A DNA stretch of 64,000 nucleotides. It comes from Amphiscolops sp. MND2022 (Eukaryota). Under the pieces are notes generated by a model. It saw only the letters and a program-made list of their open reading frames with translations, was not told where the DNA came from and ran no database searches. The position numbers were made by a program, and so were the translations under genes. The stretch covers positions 248,001-312,000 of the forward strand of contig CAXLNC010001087.1 of NCBI GenBank assembly GCA_964187785.1, in the 5' to 3' direction. Positions 10,544-20,489 of the stretch are shown in pieces. Numbering within the stretch: position 1 is the first letter of the stretch; every line of letters starts with the position of its first letter.

Positions 10544-11087
10544 GTCCCCGGCTTTCTTGAGGGACGTCCGGTACAGGAGGGAGTGGGGAAATCGGTCTGA
10601 ACGGCGACGAAATAGGCTGTTGAAAGACAGATTGTACTAGGGAGTCGTAAGTGAACCACGACGAGTCTGTCGTCCAGTCACTCCCCGAGAAGTAGCCAAT
10701 TGAGCTAGAATGGCTCGAAATGGGACTGACTGTGCCATTGATAGGGGCGAATAACCAACTATCCATTTCATTATAATCTCGGGGTGGACTGACGTTTATG
10801 TCATCTTGGATCACAGGGTTGTCCCTGGTGAATCGCCGGATAGTCGGGCCCTCTTCGCTCGCTGTAGAGAGGATTGCCATTGGCGCTGTGTCGTGATGCA
10901 ACACCGTATGCTCTTCTTTGGTCTTGATGATCTCGTATAAATCATGTATTACGGCTGGGGGGGAGCCGTTTTGTGGATATAATTGGATAGTGGGTGTAGA
11001 TTGCGCTTGAGGCAATTGTAAGTATTCGTCCTGGTCGCGGTCCAGAATAAAGCAGTCGTTAGATAAATCGAATTCTGGTGTCAGCAT
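10461..11087 (-). CDS. Accessory sense ORF-X, 208 aa, Ser/Pro-rich, function unknown; last 83 nt lie in the 3' LTR
   Basis: ATG-initiated. Clear homologue at the same position in element B (28708-29304): F[IL]LDRDQ, YEIIKT, IRRFTxDNPVI, GY[FW]SGSDW, SRGLS. Confidence 0.8.
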   Translation of the reverse strand: MLTPEFDLSNDCFILDRDQDEYLQLPQAQSTPTIQLYPQNGSPPAVIHDLYEIIKTKEEHTVLHHDTAPMAILSTASEEGPTIRRFTRDNPVIQDDINVSPPRDYNEMDSWLFAPINGTVSPISSHSSSIGYFSGSDWTTDSSWFTYDSLVQSVFQQPISSPFRPISPLPPVPDVPQESRGLSRPQRRHGTHTTGGTPEEESEEINQN

Positions 11088-11273
11088 TGTTTCTTTGGTT
11101 GTAATTGCAAGTATAGCAATAATTGTTTTGACAATGCTAGGCTGCTAACAATTTGAGAGTAAGCTGCGGAATAAAGGTAATTATAGTCGACTGCGTTGGG
11201 AATAGTTGAAACGTTTAAGTGATAATTCCCTTCGTTGTATTTCGTTCACGCCGCTTGCGTGATTGAGAAAGTT

Positions 11274-11353
11274 TTCAGCTGGCAGACTGAATGACTTCCA
11301 TTACGTCATGATAATAATATTTCATATTAATAATTACGTTGGTTTTACGCCAC
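11274..11353. promoter_or_regulatory. Candidate bidirectional promoter motifs between ORF-X and the antisense gene
   Basis: TTCAGCTGGCAGACTGAA (11274-11291) and TTTTACGCCAC (11343-11353) recur in element B at 29407-29424 and 29474-29484 with similar spacing. Confidence 0.5.
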
Positions 11354-11426
11354 GTCTTCGTTTTGATCTCTTTGGTGTTACGGTATGGTACTTTTTAGAT
11401 TTGCATTGTTATTGTCGTAACTGGTG

Positions 11427-14400
11427 ATGGCTGAGTCTACTGATGAGGATGCCGCTCGATTTCTGCAATCTCGGCATGTGGGTATTATCGAAAGTGAAGT
11501 GGAGGTGGGAAGGAGGGATGAGTCAGTCGAAGAGGGTGAGTCTGAGTCGCGTCTTGTGATTGCGGAGAGTTCGAAAGAAGGGGAATCTGTTGAGGAGACT
11601 GGAGATGGCGACAGTCCTTGTCCACAGGATGTTCGCCATGTTCCTGGATTTGGAGAGGTGGACGATGGTTCAGAAGAAGAAAGTGCTTCTGAGAGAGACA
11701 GCGTTTCCGATGATACTTTGCATTCCGACGAGTTGGGCGAGAGTGATTCAACCCATTCCACTGGCAGTGACGCCAGGCATGGTATAGACTTCCTTCATGA
11801 CCAGCTTGGTAAGTCCTTAGCTATTCTGTTAATGGCCAGTTAACATTATGCGAGCTAGTATTCTGACGCGTCAATTCATCTACTTTCGTATTCTTTGTAG
11901 GTCTTTCTGATGATTCCAAAGACGAGGATTTCTCTCCTGGCAAATTGCCTCCCGTTTCCGTGTTTCGGCGGAGTAAGCGTTTGAGCTCTGTTCCGCAGGA
12001 GGGGCCAAGTAAGCGAGCTCGTGAGATGTCACTTGGTGGAGTCGCTGGATCCGTTGATGAGGAGTCATCCAATGTTTCTACTGTAGAGCATGAAGGTAGG
12101 AATTCATTTGTGTTTGCTGATTGTCCGGAAGTATTGGGGGGCTGGGTTGTTTTCTTTCTGTCCTCGATGTTTAGTTGCCGGTTGTATTTCAGGGCGTAAA
12201 GTTAGAATTGCGGACGATGTTTCGAGTGATGCTATCTTTGACGTTCCTGGCGTCTCTCAGGATGATGATGGGGTTACCGTCGTTGGTGCAAGTTCCTTCA
12301 AAGTGGTGCACGAGCGTACTCAACATAATCGCCCTGCAGAAGGACTAGAGGCTTCTGTTCTTCACAACGAATGGGAGAAAGGTTAATCCTCTCGTTATGT
12401 CTGTGGGTTTCGGGTCTTGATTGGTATCGGTTGCATTGTTCGAAATTTTGTTCAGCTCTCAGTATTTGCGTTTCTGTTTCAGCTGGGTTATCTGAAGTTC
12501 CGGCAGGTGCTGTGTGTCTCTCCTCTTCTCAGGTGTTGGCGTTTGGGCAAGCTGCTGTTCGCTTGGAGAAAACTCAGTCGCGTATGGAGTCCCGCTCTTT
12601 GACCCGCCGTAAGTCATTACTAAGTTGTTTCTTCTTCCGATTGGTTCGCTTTGTTGTTTGTTTGTGTTTCCGACTGATTTGTTTATAACTCTCTGTATGG
12701 TTGCTTCTGTTGGTCTTCAGTTGGTAGTGGTTTTGTTCTGTATTTGTAAGTATTTAGTTGTGTTTAGAACTTGAAGAAGTTGTGCGACTGCTGAAGTCGA
12801 AAGGGATTCGCCTGCATCGCGATCAGGGTGAGTCTGGGGCTGAGGACGATGCCAAACGGAAGCTGTATGCATCCTACTTGAAGAAGAAGAAACGTCAAAC
12901 TGAACGTCATGTGCTCCGGAAGGAGATGGCCGAGCATGCCATACCCCGATTGTTCGTGAGTCGGCGTTCTGACAAGAATCCAAATGGGTTCAACTGCGCA
13001 ATCTGTCGTAAGGACATCTCCTTCTTGAGCAAGGGAGAACCAGAGATTTGGCGTCACTTCGGGAGTAAAACTCATTTCCTGCGTGATAGACGATACAGAC
13101 TTGACCACGAGGATTATTTGTACACCTCACGATTTGATGCTGTGGAAGTCTCATCTATCTCAGCTGATTTACGGGCGGAGATCGAAAAAACCCCTGCTGT
13201 TGTCCTTGGTTGCAAGAATCCGTTCGTCGAGGATGAGGTCGATGCTCTGGTTGGGGTGTCGTCGAATGTTCCTGCTTCTACTCTTGTGGGGGGTTTATTT
13301 GAACTCTTGCGTAGTGGTGGATCACACAGCTTCCTCAGGAGGTTATGGAATCAATTTAGAACCACGATGCCTGTTGATTCAGAGTGTGCTCACACGACTT
13401 GGAGCAAGACAGCGTCTCTCGTGATTTTGACTCAAACCTTGTATCCCAGGATTATCCGTCGCGTGCAGACTTGGTGTAAGGACGCTCACTTTAGCGTCAG
13501 TTTCCGCGAGGATCGTGATGGTCTTCGGTGTTTTGTACACTGTTGGAATGCCGGTAATTTGCATGAAGTCTGTGTGTTGTGGGAACCCGTGAGACCTGGT
13601 ATCTGTGACGCTGAGATTTCCTGTTTGTCCCGATTACTAGCTGTTCTTCCTGCTGGGGCTACGCCTGTGTCGCTACGTGGTTGTTCGTCGACCCTTTTCA
13701 ATGTCGTCGTTGAATGGTGTAAGGCTGACAGTCGTCCTGTGCCAATTCTAATGATGGAGTATTCTGTGGAGATGTTCAAAGGGCATGTGCGCGAGGCTTC
13801 TGGGCCAAGCATTGGGTCTTTGGATCCTTTCTCCATCGTTGAGTATCTTCTTCTTCGTTTGGGGAAAGCTTCGCATCAGCCCTGGCTTATGGGTTTGAGT
13901 GAGTTGCGTCGTTGTGTGCAGCAGTGTGCCGTACCCTTCTCTTCTCTATGTGCAGTGCTGGAGGAATTGATATGCAACTGGGGTGATGTTCAGTCTTGTT
14001 TGAAGGAATCCTCGATTGTTCCTGCCAGTCGTACTAAAGCGCCTGCTGATTTGAATCAGATGATCTTGGCTGATGCCCAAGTGTTGCCTCGTTTGTGCCT
14101 GTTACATCTTCTGGTGTCGTGCTTCCAGGCGAATTTCCAAAAACTTTTCGCTCAAGGGATTTGTGATTACAGTTGTCGCAATTATGGCGAGTTCTGCTTT
14201 TTCTATTGGAGCATCCTGAGCAAAGTGAAGAAACTGTCTGATCTTCCTGACATTAACGCTTGGAGTGAGTACATTGGGCGACCTCTGAATTCGTGGTCTA
14301 ATGTGGCATATGTTGACTGCTTCCGAGGTGAGCGTATTGTTGGGCTTGCCATGACAGGATTTACAGATGCTCGGAAACGGACTTTCTTGCGAGATTGTCA

Positions 14401-15400
14401 TGGTCTATTGATGGAATTCTTGAAGGTGCTGTCACGTTGTCCATTCATTCTCTCTCAGTTTGCGTCAAATTTGAGTTGTTTCGCACCAGATATGCTGCTT
14501 CTGGGAGATGAAAAGTATACAGTTGAACTGTTCCGTGGGTTGATGGCGTGTTTCCAGGAGTGTGGGCGTGTGACGAATGTTGTTGCTGAGGGCGCCTGCA
14601 ACGAGTTCAAGTCGTTTTTGGTGGAACTTCGTCGGCGCAACCGACGTCTTGTGGATACCATCACAGATAGTTTCGTTTTCATGCAGCAGTTTGAAGCGTT
14701 TGGCTGTCGGGAGAATTTGGCTCGGGTGGTCCAGTTGGCTTCACTTGTGGCTGTTCCTCGTGAGGTGTGTTACCCGGTCGTGGAGTTCTCTCTGAGTGGT
14801 GTTCAGGTCCCTAAGAAGATATTGTTGTCTTCCATCTTTGCTGTGCAGTCTTTCATTTCTGCTCCTGGGTTCAATTCCGGTGAATTGTTGACCAAAGACT
14901 GCTTGCTTGAGCTGAAAACCAATTTGCCTGTTGGGAGGGACTTTCTGAGTAATGAGAGTTTCGCTCCGTGGCGACCGTTGTATATGCTCAGCCGTCAGGA
15001 TCTGTACCGTGGTTTGCGGGGCCGGTTCGATGAGTACTATTTGGAGCAAGTTGCCGAGTGGCGCCGTCGGTCTGGTCAGCCACCTCTTACTGGCTTGTCA
15101 TCTTCCGCGACGTTGTCCGTTGCTGATGTCAGTCCACAAGCGTCGGTGGCCCCTGGATTGGTTGTGGATACGTCTGTCTCCCCAGTATCAATTGATGTGT
15201 CTTCTGCTGTTGTTGGAGCAGGGAGAAGTACAGAGTCTGCAGAGTCCCCTCAGGCTTCCTCTTTATTTGCTGCCTTGTCGCATTCCCCGACTTCTTCCCG
15301 TGATGTGACTCGAATGTTGAGGCAGAAACGAGAAGCTCGGCGAGCATCGCAGGAAGCAGCGACTGCTGGGAAGGATTCGACCCCAATAAAGAAGCGCTAG
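11427..15400 (+). CDS. Antisense 5-exon gene, 1174 aa: join(11427-11808,11901-12095,12193-12381,12483-12608,12768-15400). Acidic/disordered N-terminus plus a BED-like zinc finger and a degenerate hAT-transposase-like body
   Basis: Four GT-AG introns (92, 97, 101, 159 bp), all phase 1, join five separate ORF-track fragments into one 3525-nt open frame. The structure is mirrored in element B. The hAT assignment is by-eye motif similarity. Confidence 0.85.
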
Positions 15401-15695
15401 TGAGGGTTGTCTGCCACCTAAGGTTGTTGTATTTAGACTTCGTAATTGACTGCAGTATTGTTGTTCTTTTTATTTTATTTACATTCTTTGTAGTATTCCT
15501 TGTAAAAAACGTGTACGTTGGGAAAAGAAAAGAGAAAAGTTGAGTTGTAGTTCGTCCTCTGATGGGGTATTATCGCAATACATTTTTGGCCCCTCGTGTA
15601 CGTTTTCTCTTGAGTTCTCAGGTTGAGATATAGTGATAAGTAAGTCGTAAGTAGGTCAGTAAGTGAGGCGATTACCTTTTGGAAGAATGAAATAT

Positions 15696-16930
15696 TCAGT
15701 TTTGAGAACTCGTGTTGACATTCAGCGGGTTGTAATACGCATAATCCTTTTTCCAGTTTGATGGGGGGTTTGCTCGCAAATTGTATTTGTTTTTTCGTGG
15801 AGAATTCTGGGTTGGGGTATCATTTACATAGTTGTCTGAACTGGCGCCAGGTAGTGTGTCGTTTGGGGGTTCATCTGGGTTAGGTGTTATGTGGAAATCT
15901 TCTGGGTCGGGTGATCGGGTGTTTCTTGTAATCGCTTGATCTTCGGGTGGGTCGGGAAACGTTACAGTGGGTTCCTTCTGTAAAGGGGTGTTAGGTGTTG
16001 GGGCAAAATCTTCGGAGTTTGACTGCCAGGCTTGGGCATATAGGTCGTCATGGAAGACGTCTACTTCCTTGTCCGGTATGAACTCTTTGGGCAAAACTGG
16101 TTTGTCTGGGAGCGGTTTGTCAGTTGGGCAAGGTTTCAAACGAATCCTATGAAGGATTTGTGTGAACTTTGTTTGGAGTTTTCGTATGAGGTAATTGTTG
16201 TTGGGTAGAGTTTTAACAACGATATATGGTCCTGTCCAGAGGTATTCTGTGAATGGGATTTTGGTGCCCTGGGTGTTCGCTTTCGGGTGAAGTGCGTAGC
16301 AGTATTCGTTGACATGTAGGGGGTGAGCATTGGCTTTCTTATCGTAATACTGTTTGTATCGTATATAAGATTGCATCAAGTTTTTGCTCACAGTTTCTTT
16401 GATCTGTTGGGTTTTGTGTAAGATATCTTCCCCATGGGTCGTCGTCGGTTTCGTTTGTTGCGCATTGCGGATGCCGAACTTAAGGTCCAACACGTTGTAC
16501 GGTATTCTCCCGTGGAATACCCTGCTTGGTTCGCATCCAAGTGAGGAGTGGTACGACGTGTTGTAGTTAAGTGTTGCAATGGCCACGTATTGGTGCCACA
16601 TTGTCCTTCGTTCTCCTGTTGATATCTTTAGCGATTCTTTTAGGGAGGCGTGGCATCTTTCCAGAATTCCGATGGTTTGGGCATGTTTTGTTGTGGCATG
16701 TCGTAGTTGTATGCCCAGGGTTCTAGTGGCGTCAGCCACTACTTCAGACATGAATTGAGTGCCTTTATCAGTGATAATTGTGGTTGGTAGGTAGGCGTGG
16801 CGGGTCATGATGTCTACTAGAACTCGGGCTACTGTGCTGGCGTCTGTTCTGACCACGTTGTATGTAAATAGGTAGCGAGAGAAAACGTCCATCGCCGTGA
16901 TGATTGCATGGTAGCCGCCGGATGGTTCGT
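15696..16930 (-). pseudogene. pol: Element A integrase, N-terminally deleted (lacks HHCC and the first catalytic Asp)
   Basis: Begins at DEPSGGYHAIITAMDVFSRYLF. Retains ITDKG, ILERCH and the GPY motif. About 0.6 kb is missing relative to element B. Confidence 0.9.
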
Positions 16931-19900
16931 CGTTTCTATGGTCGTTTCATTTGAAGGGGGAGGAGAGTCATCTTTGGCGGTAACTTTCTTGCGGCCACGG
17001 AGCTTGCGCTCCCAGATTTGCTCCTCTGTTTCTGTGTCGTCATCGGGCATAAAGAAGAATTGTTCTTCTTCCGCGACATCGGACGACTGGATGTTGACCT
17101 GTATCGGTGTGGTGGTGATGTCGTCTCGGATCGTTAGGTGGACCTTTTCTTTCGGGTGGAGGTCGAGGCGGGACAGAAAGTCCGCTGCAGTATTCATCTT
17201 GCCCGGTACATGAGCAATGGTGAAACGGAACTGGAGGACGAAATCGCATGCGTTCCACAAGGCTGGTGGAATGATTTTCGTCTGGAAAAAGCGTGTCACA
17301 GATTTGTTGTCCGTGAGTACAACAACCGGTTTGGTTGATTCCCAAAGAATGTGGCTATACTCCATGAAGGCGAAGTAGGTAGCCAGGTGCATAAGTTTTC
17401 TTGACTGACGTGATTTTTTCTTCTTCATTCTCTTCAATCATGAGGGCGTAGCCCGCGTTTTTGAAGTTGGCGTCGGTCATGAGCACGTATTGTCTGTTGG
17501 GCATGGGTTGTTTGAGCCACAGACCACATGCGTTGTCCAAAGATTTGTTGATGCTGGAGAAACTGTTCATGATCTCGTTTGTGATCTTGATGGGTTTTTC
17601 GGCTTTGATAAGGTCGTGGAACGGGGCTATCTTTTCGGAAAGTCTGGGAATGTAATTCCGGTAATAATTGACGAAGCCGATGTAGCGTTGGAGGCCCTTT
17701 TTGGTTTTCGGGAAGGTTAGTTTTTGTAGGTAGTTGTGAATCTTCTGGTCTTGGGGGGCGATTCCTTCCGGCGACACTGTTCGTCCAAGGAATTGGACTT
17801 CCTTGGCACCAAACTGGCATTTGGCCATTGTCAAACGCAGTCCTGCTTCGCGGACGCACTGAAAAACCTCACGCAGGTTGGTCTTCAGCTCCTCGGCGTT
17901 GTGGGTGGCAATCCCGATGTCGTCAACGTACTGAGCACATTTGTCAGCCTTGATGACTCGATCGAGGTATTCTCTCATGAAGCTCGAGAAGGAGGAGAGG
18001 GACCTGCTGAGTCCTTGTGCGAGGCGCAGGTAAGCAAATGTTCGACTAGCGAAGTTGAAAGCTAGGAGTTCTACCGACTTTTTGTCTGCCATTTGCAAGA
18101 CGTGATAAGCCTGGGAGCAGTCTAGCTTGCAGAATAACTTTTTCCCTGCGAGGTGCTGAGCTGCATCGGAGAGGGTGCTGACCGGATGGTTGTTGTTCGT
18201 GTAGTCGTCAGCTATTAGACTGTTGATTTTACGGAGGTCTACTAGCAGTCTGAGGCGCCCATTTGGCTTCCTTTGAGCAAATATGGGGCTAGCATACTTG
18301 CTGAACGGCAGTGTAGTTATGATGCCGTAGTAGTGCATCAGGGCAAGTTCGACCGTGAGGTCTTCCTTGAGGTTTACTGGACAGGGTAGGCTTTGCGTGT
18401 ATGCAGGCTGGTCGTTTTTGGGCGTTAGTTTTATTTTGAATTCGTGGTTTACTCCAATATCTAATCGGTGGCGAGCGAATATGTCGTGGTATTCGACAAG
18501 GATGTCTTCTATATCCTTCCTGTCTTGTTCGCCGAGCTGTGAGTCTTCCCACTTGAAATTCTCGAGGAATTTCTGTTTTTCCTGTAGGCTGTTTGTGGGG
18601 TTCAGTTTCTGAATTTCCTCCAATTCTTCGATTTCCCTGAGAATCCGTCTTTGGACTGGCGTGTGAGTGGAGGGATCACCCGGGTTGTCCGGTGTGGGGA
18701 ACCAAAACTGTTGGGTCGTTTCTGGTTTCTCCGTTGTTTTTAGCAGTTCGTGTACGTACTCTAGTGCTTGTTCTGAGTCGTCTTCTGTTAGGACCTTTAA
18801 TGCTGCTGTGGATAGTGGTTTGATGTTCTTGGCTTCTTTTGGTGTTGTTATGTGGAATTCGGCTACCACCGTGTTCTTCTTGATTGTGAAAGGGGTGGGT
18901 GAAGTATTCGTTATTCGGATTGGCACCTTCATTTCGTGGGCGGTGGATAGAGAGCTGGCAATTGCTATTGGTTTATCTTCGGTGTATGATGGTATCGGGT
19001 GAATGACACCGGTGGTATCTGCTATTGACCTGATGTTGACTGCGGCTTCCACCGTGATGCACTGGTCAGGAGCCAGTGTTGTTTGGTTGGGGATGCTCAC
19101 TTTGTATGGTTTCGCTGGTTGTTCTTCGGACACTGGGTTTATTGCGTAGGTTAAGTGGGGGAAGTGGAGGAGTCCTTGACTGGCATCCAGGATGGCACTA
19201 TTGGACTTTAGGAAGGTGAGGCCTAAAATGGGGCCAGTGATCTTGTTCGCCACGATGAACGTTTCTTTGAATGTCCAATCACCAATTTCAAACTGGAGTT
19301 GAATTGTCCTGGTTGGGCTTTCGATGTCGCCATTTGCGACTTGCAGTTTGAAAGGTGGAGGATCGGTCTCTTGGAGGATGTTATCGGGGCTCATGTTTTT
19401 CAGTTTTTGGAACTCGTTTTCAGGCATGCAATTGACTAGGGCGCCAGAGTCAATGAGTGCATCTATTGAGAAATGCTTGAAGTCCATGGGCGCGAAAAGC
19501 ATGCGTCTTTTCTGTTTTAGGGCAATTGCTGAGAATAGTGGCAGGCATTTCTCGCCTGCTGGTTTGTCACTGGTCGGGATACTGGTTATTAGGTTTGGGT
19601 CCAGCTGTAATAGCGTGTTGTCTTCCTTGTGTTGATGATTTTCGGGTTCGTGGTTTCTTTCGGTATTGAGCTGTGCTTTGTTGTCAAACTCGCAAGTCAG
19701 TGCTCGTTTGATTCGTCGTGTTTTTTGTATTGGGGTGACGGTAGTTTGGGTTGTAGTGTTGACGGGAGGGTCCCCGGCTTTATGTGCGTCTGATGCCCCG
19801 GTGATTATGGCTTCCGTTGGGGGTGTGCGTTTTGTGGTTGAGATTTCTGGACTTTGGGGGGAGGATGGTGATGATGTCATCGAAGCCCTGATTTCGTTGG

Positions 19901-20489
19901 TGGGTGCCGGAACTCTTATGGGTGACCTATTGGCGGTCGAGTTGGAGACAAGTTTTTTGATGATTGGTTTGAGGGGGTACTCGGGTGGTGACACAATGAC
20001 TTGTAACTCCGTTTCTCGTTCGTCGGCGTGGGGTACGGGTTGATGATCATTGTTGTCATCTATTCTCCTCTTGGTTGTGTCCAGATTCATGTTCGTCTTT
20101 TTGACGAATTCGTGGAAGGGGACGTTAATCGTCTCCTTGAATGTTAAGGTCGTTTGGTCGTATAAGTCGGGGTTGTGATAGGGGTCGCAACCGTAGTCTG
20201 GGTCATGGAAGTAGGTGTCAGGGGTAGAACTGGGAGGGAGGGGGCGTCTAGTTGAATTGTACATTTGGGGGTTTTCTAAGTACCATGCTGGGTATTGTAA
20301 TTTGTCGATGGTGGATTTATTGAACTTTATGAGGCGCCGGATAAGCCATCTCCGCTGCCAGTCGGTAGATGGTTCACCGGTACACTCTGCGAACATTTCA
20401 GAATCGTGGTTCTTCGGAGGTTCAGATATCGTGTAATATCTGTAATCGATGTAGTCTCCGAAGCGAAGACGTGGCTCTAGAAGTTTTTT
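16930..20489 (-). pseudogene. pol: Element A pol: pre-protease domain, protease, RT and RNase H, with a frameshifting ~68-nt deletion near 17385
   Basis: LIDSGA, YASPIF, LVDLRKIN, KLDCSQAY, YVDDIG, LMTDANF, VLTDNK. The segment VAFGSKTF...AKEFL present in B is absent. Confidence 0.93.

Noticed and set aside
12758-15400. The 880-aa ORF as an env-like third ORF
   Set aside because: It is on the wrong strand for env and has no signal peptide or convincing C-terminal transmembrane anchor. It carries a nuclear-type zinc finger and is the last exon of a spliced gene.
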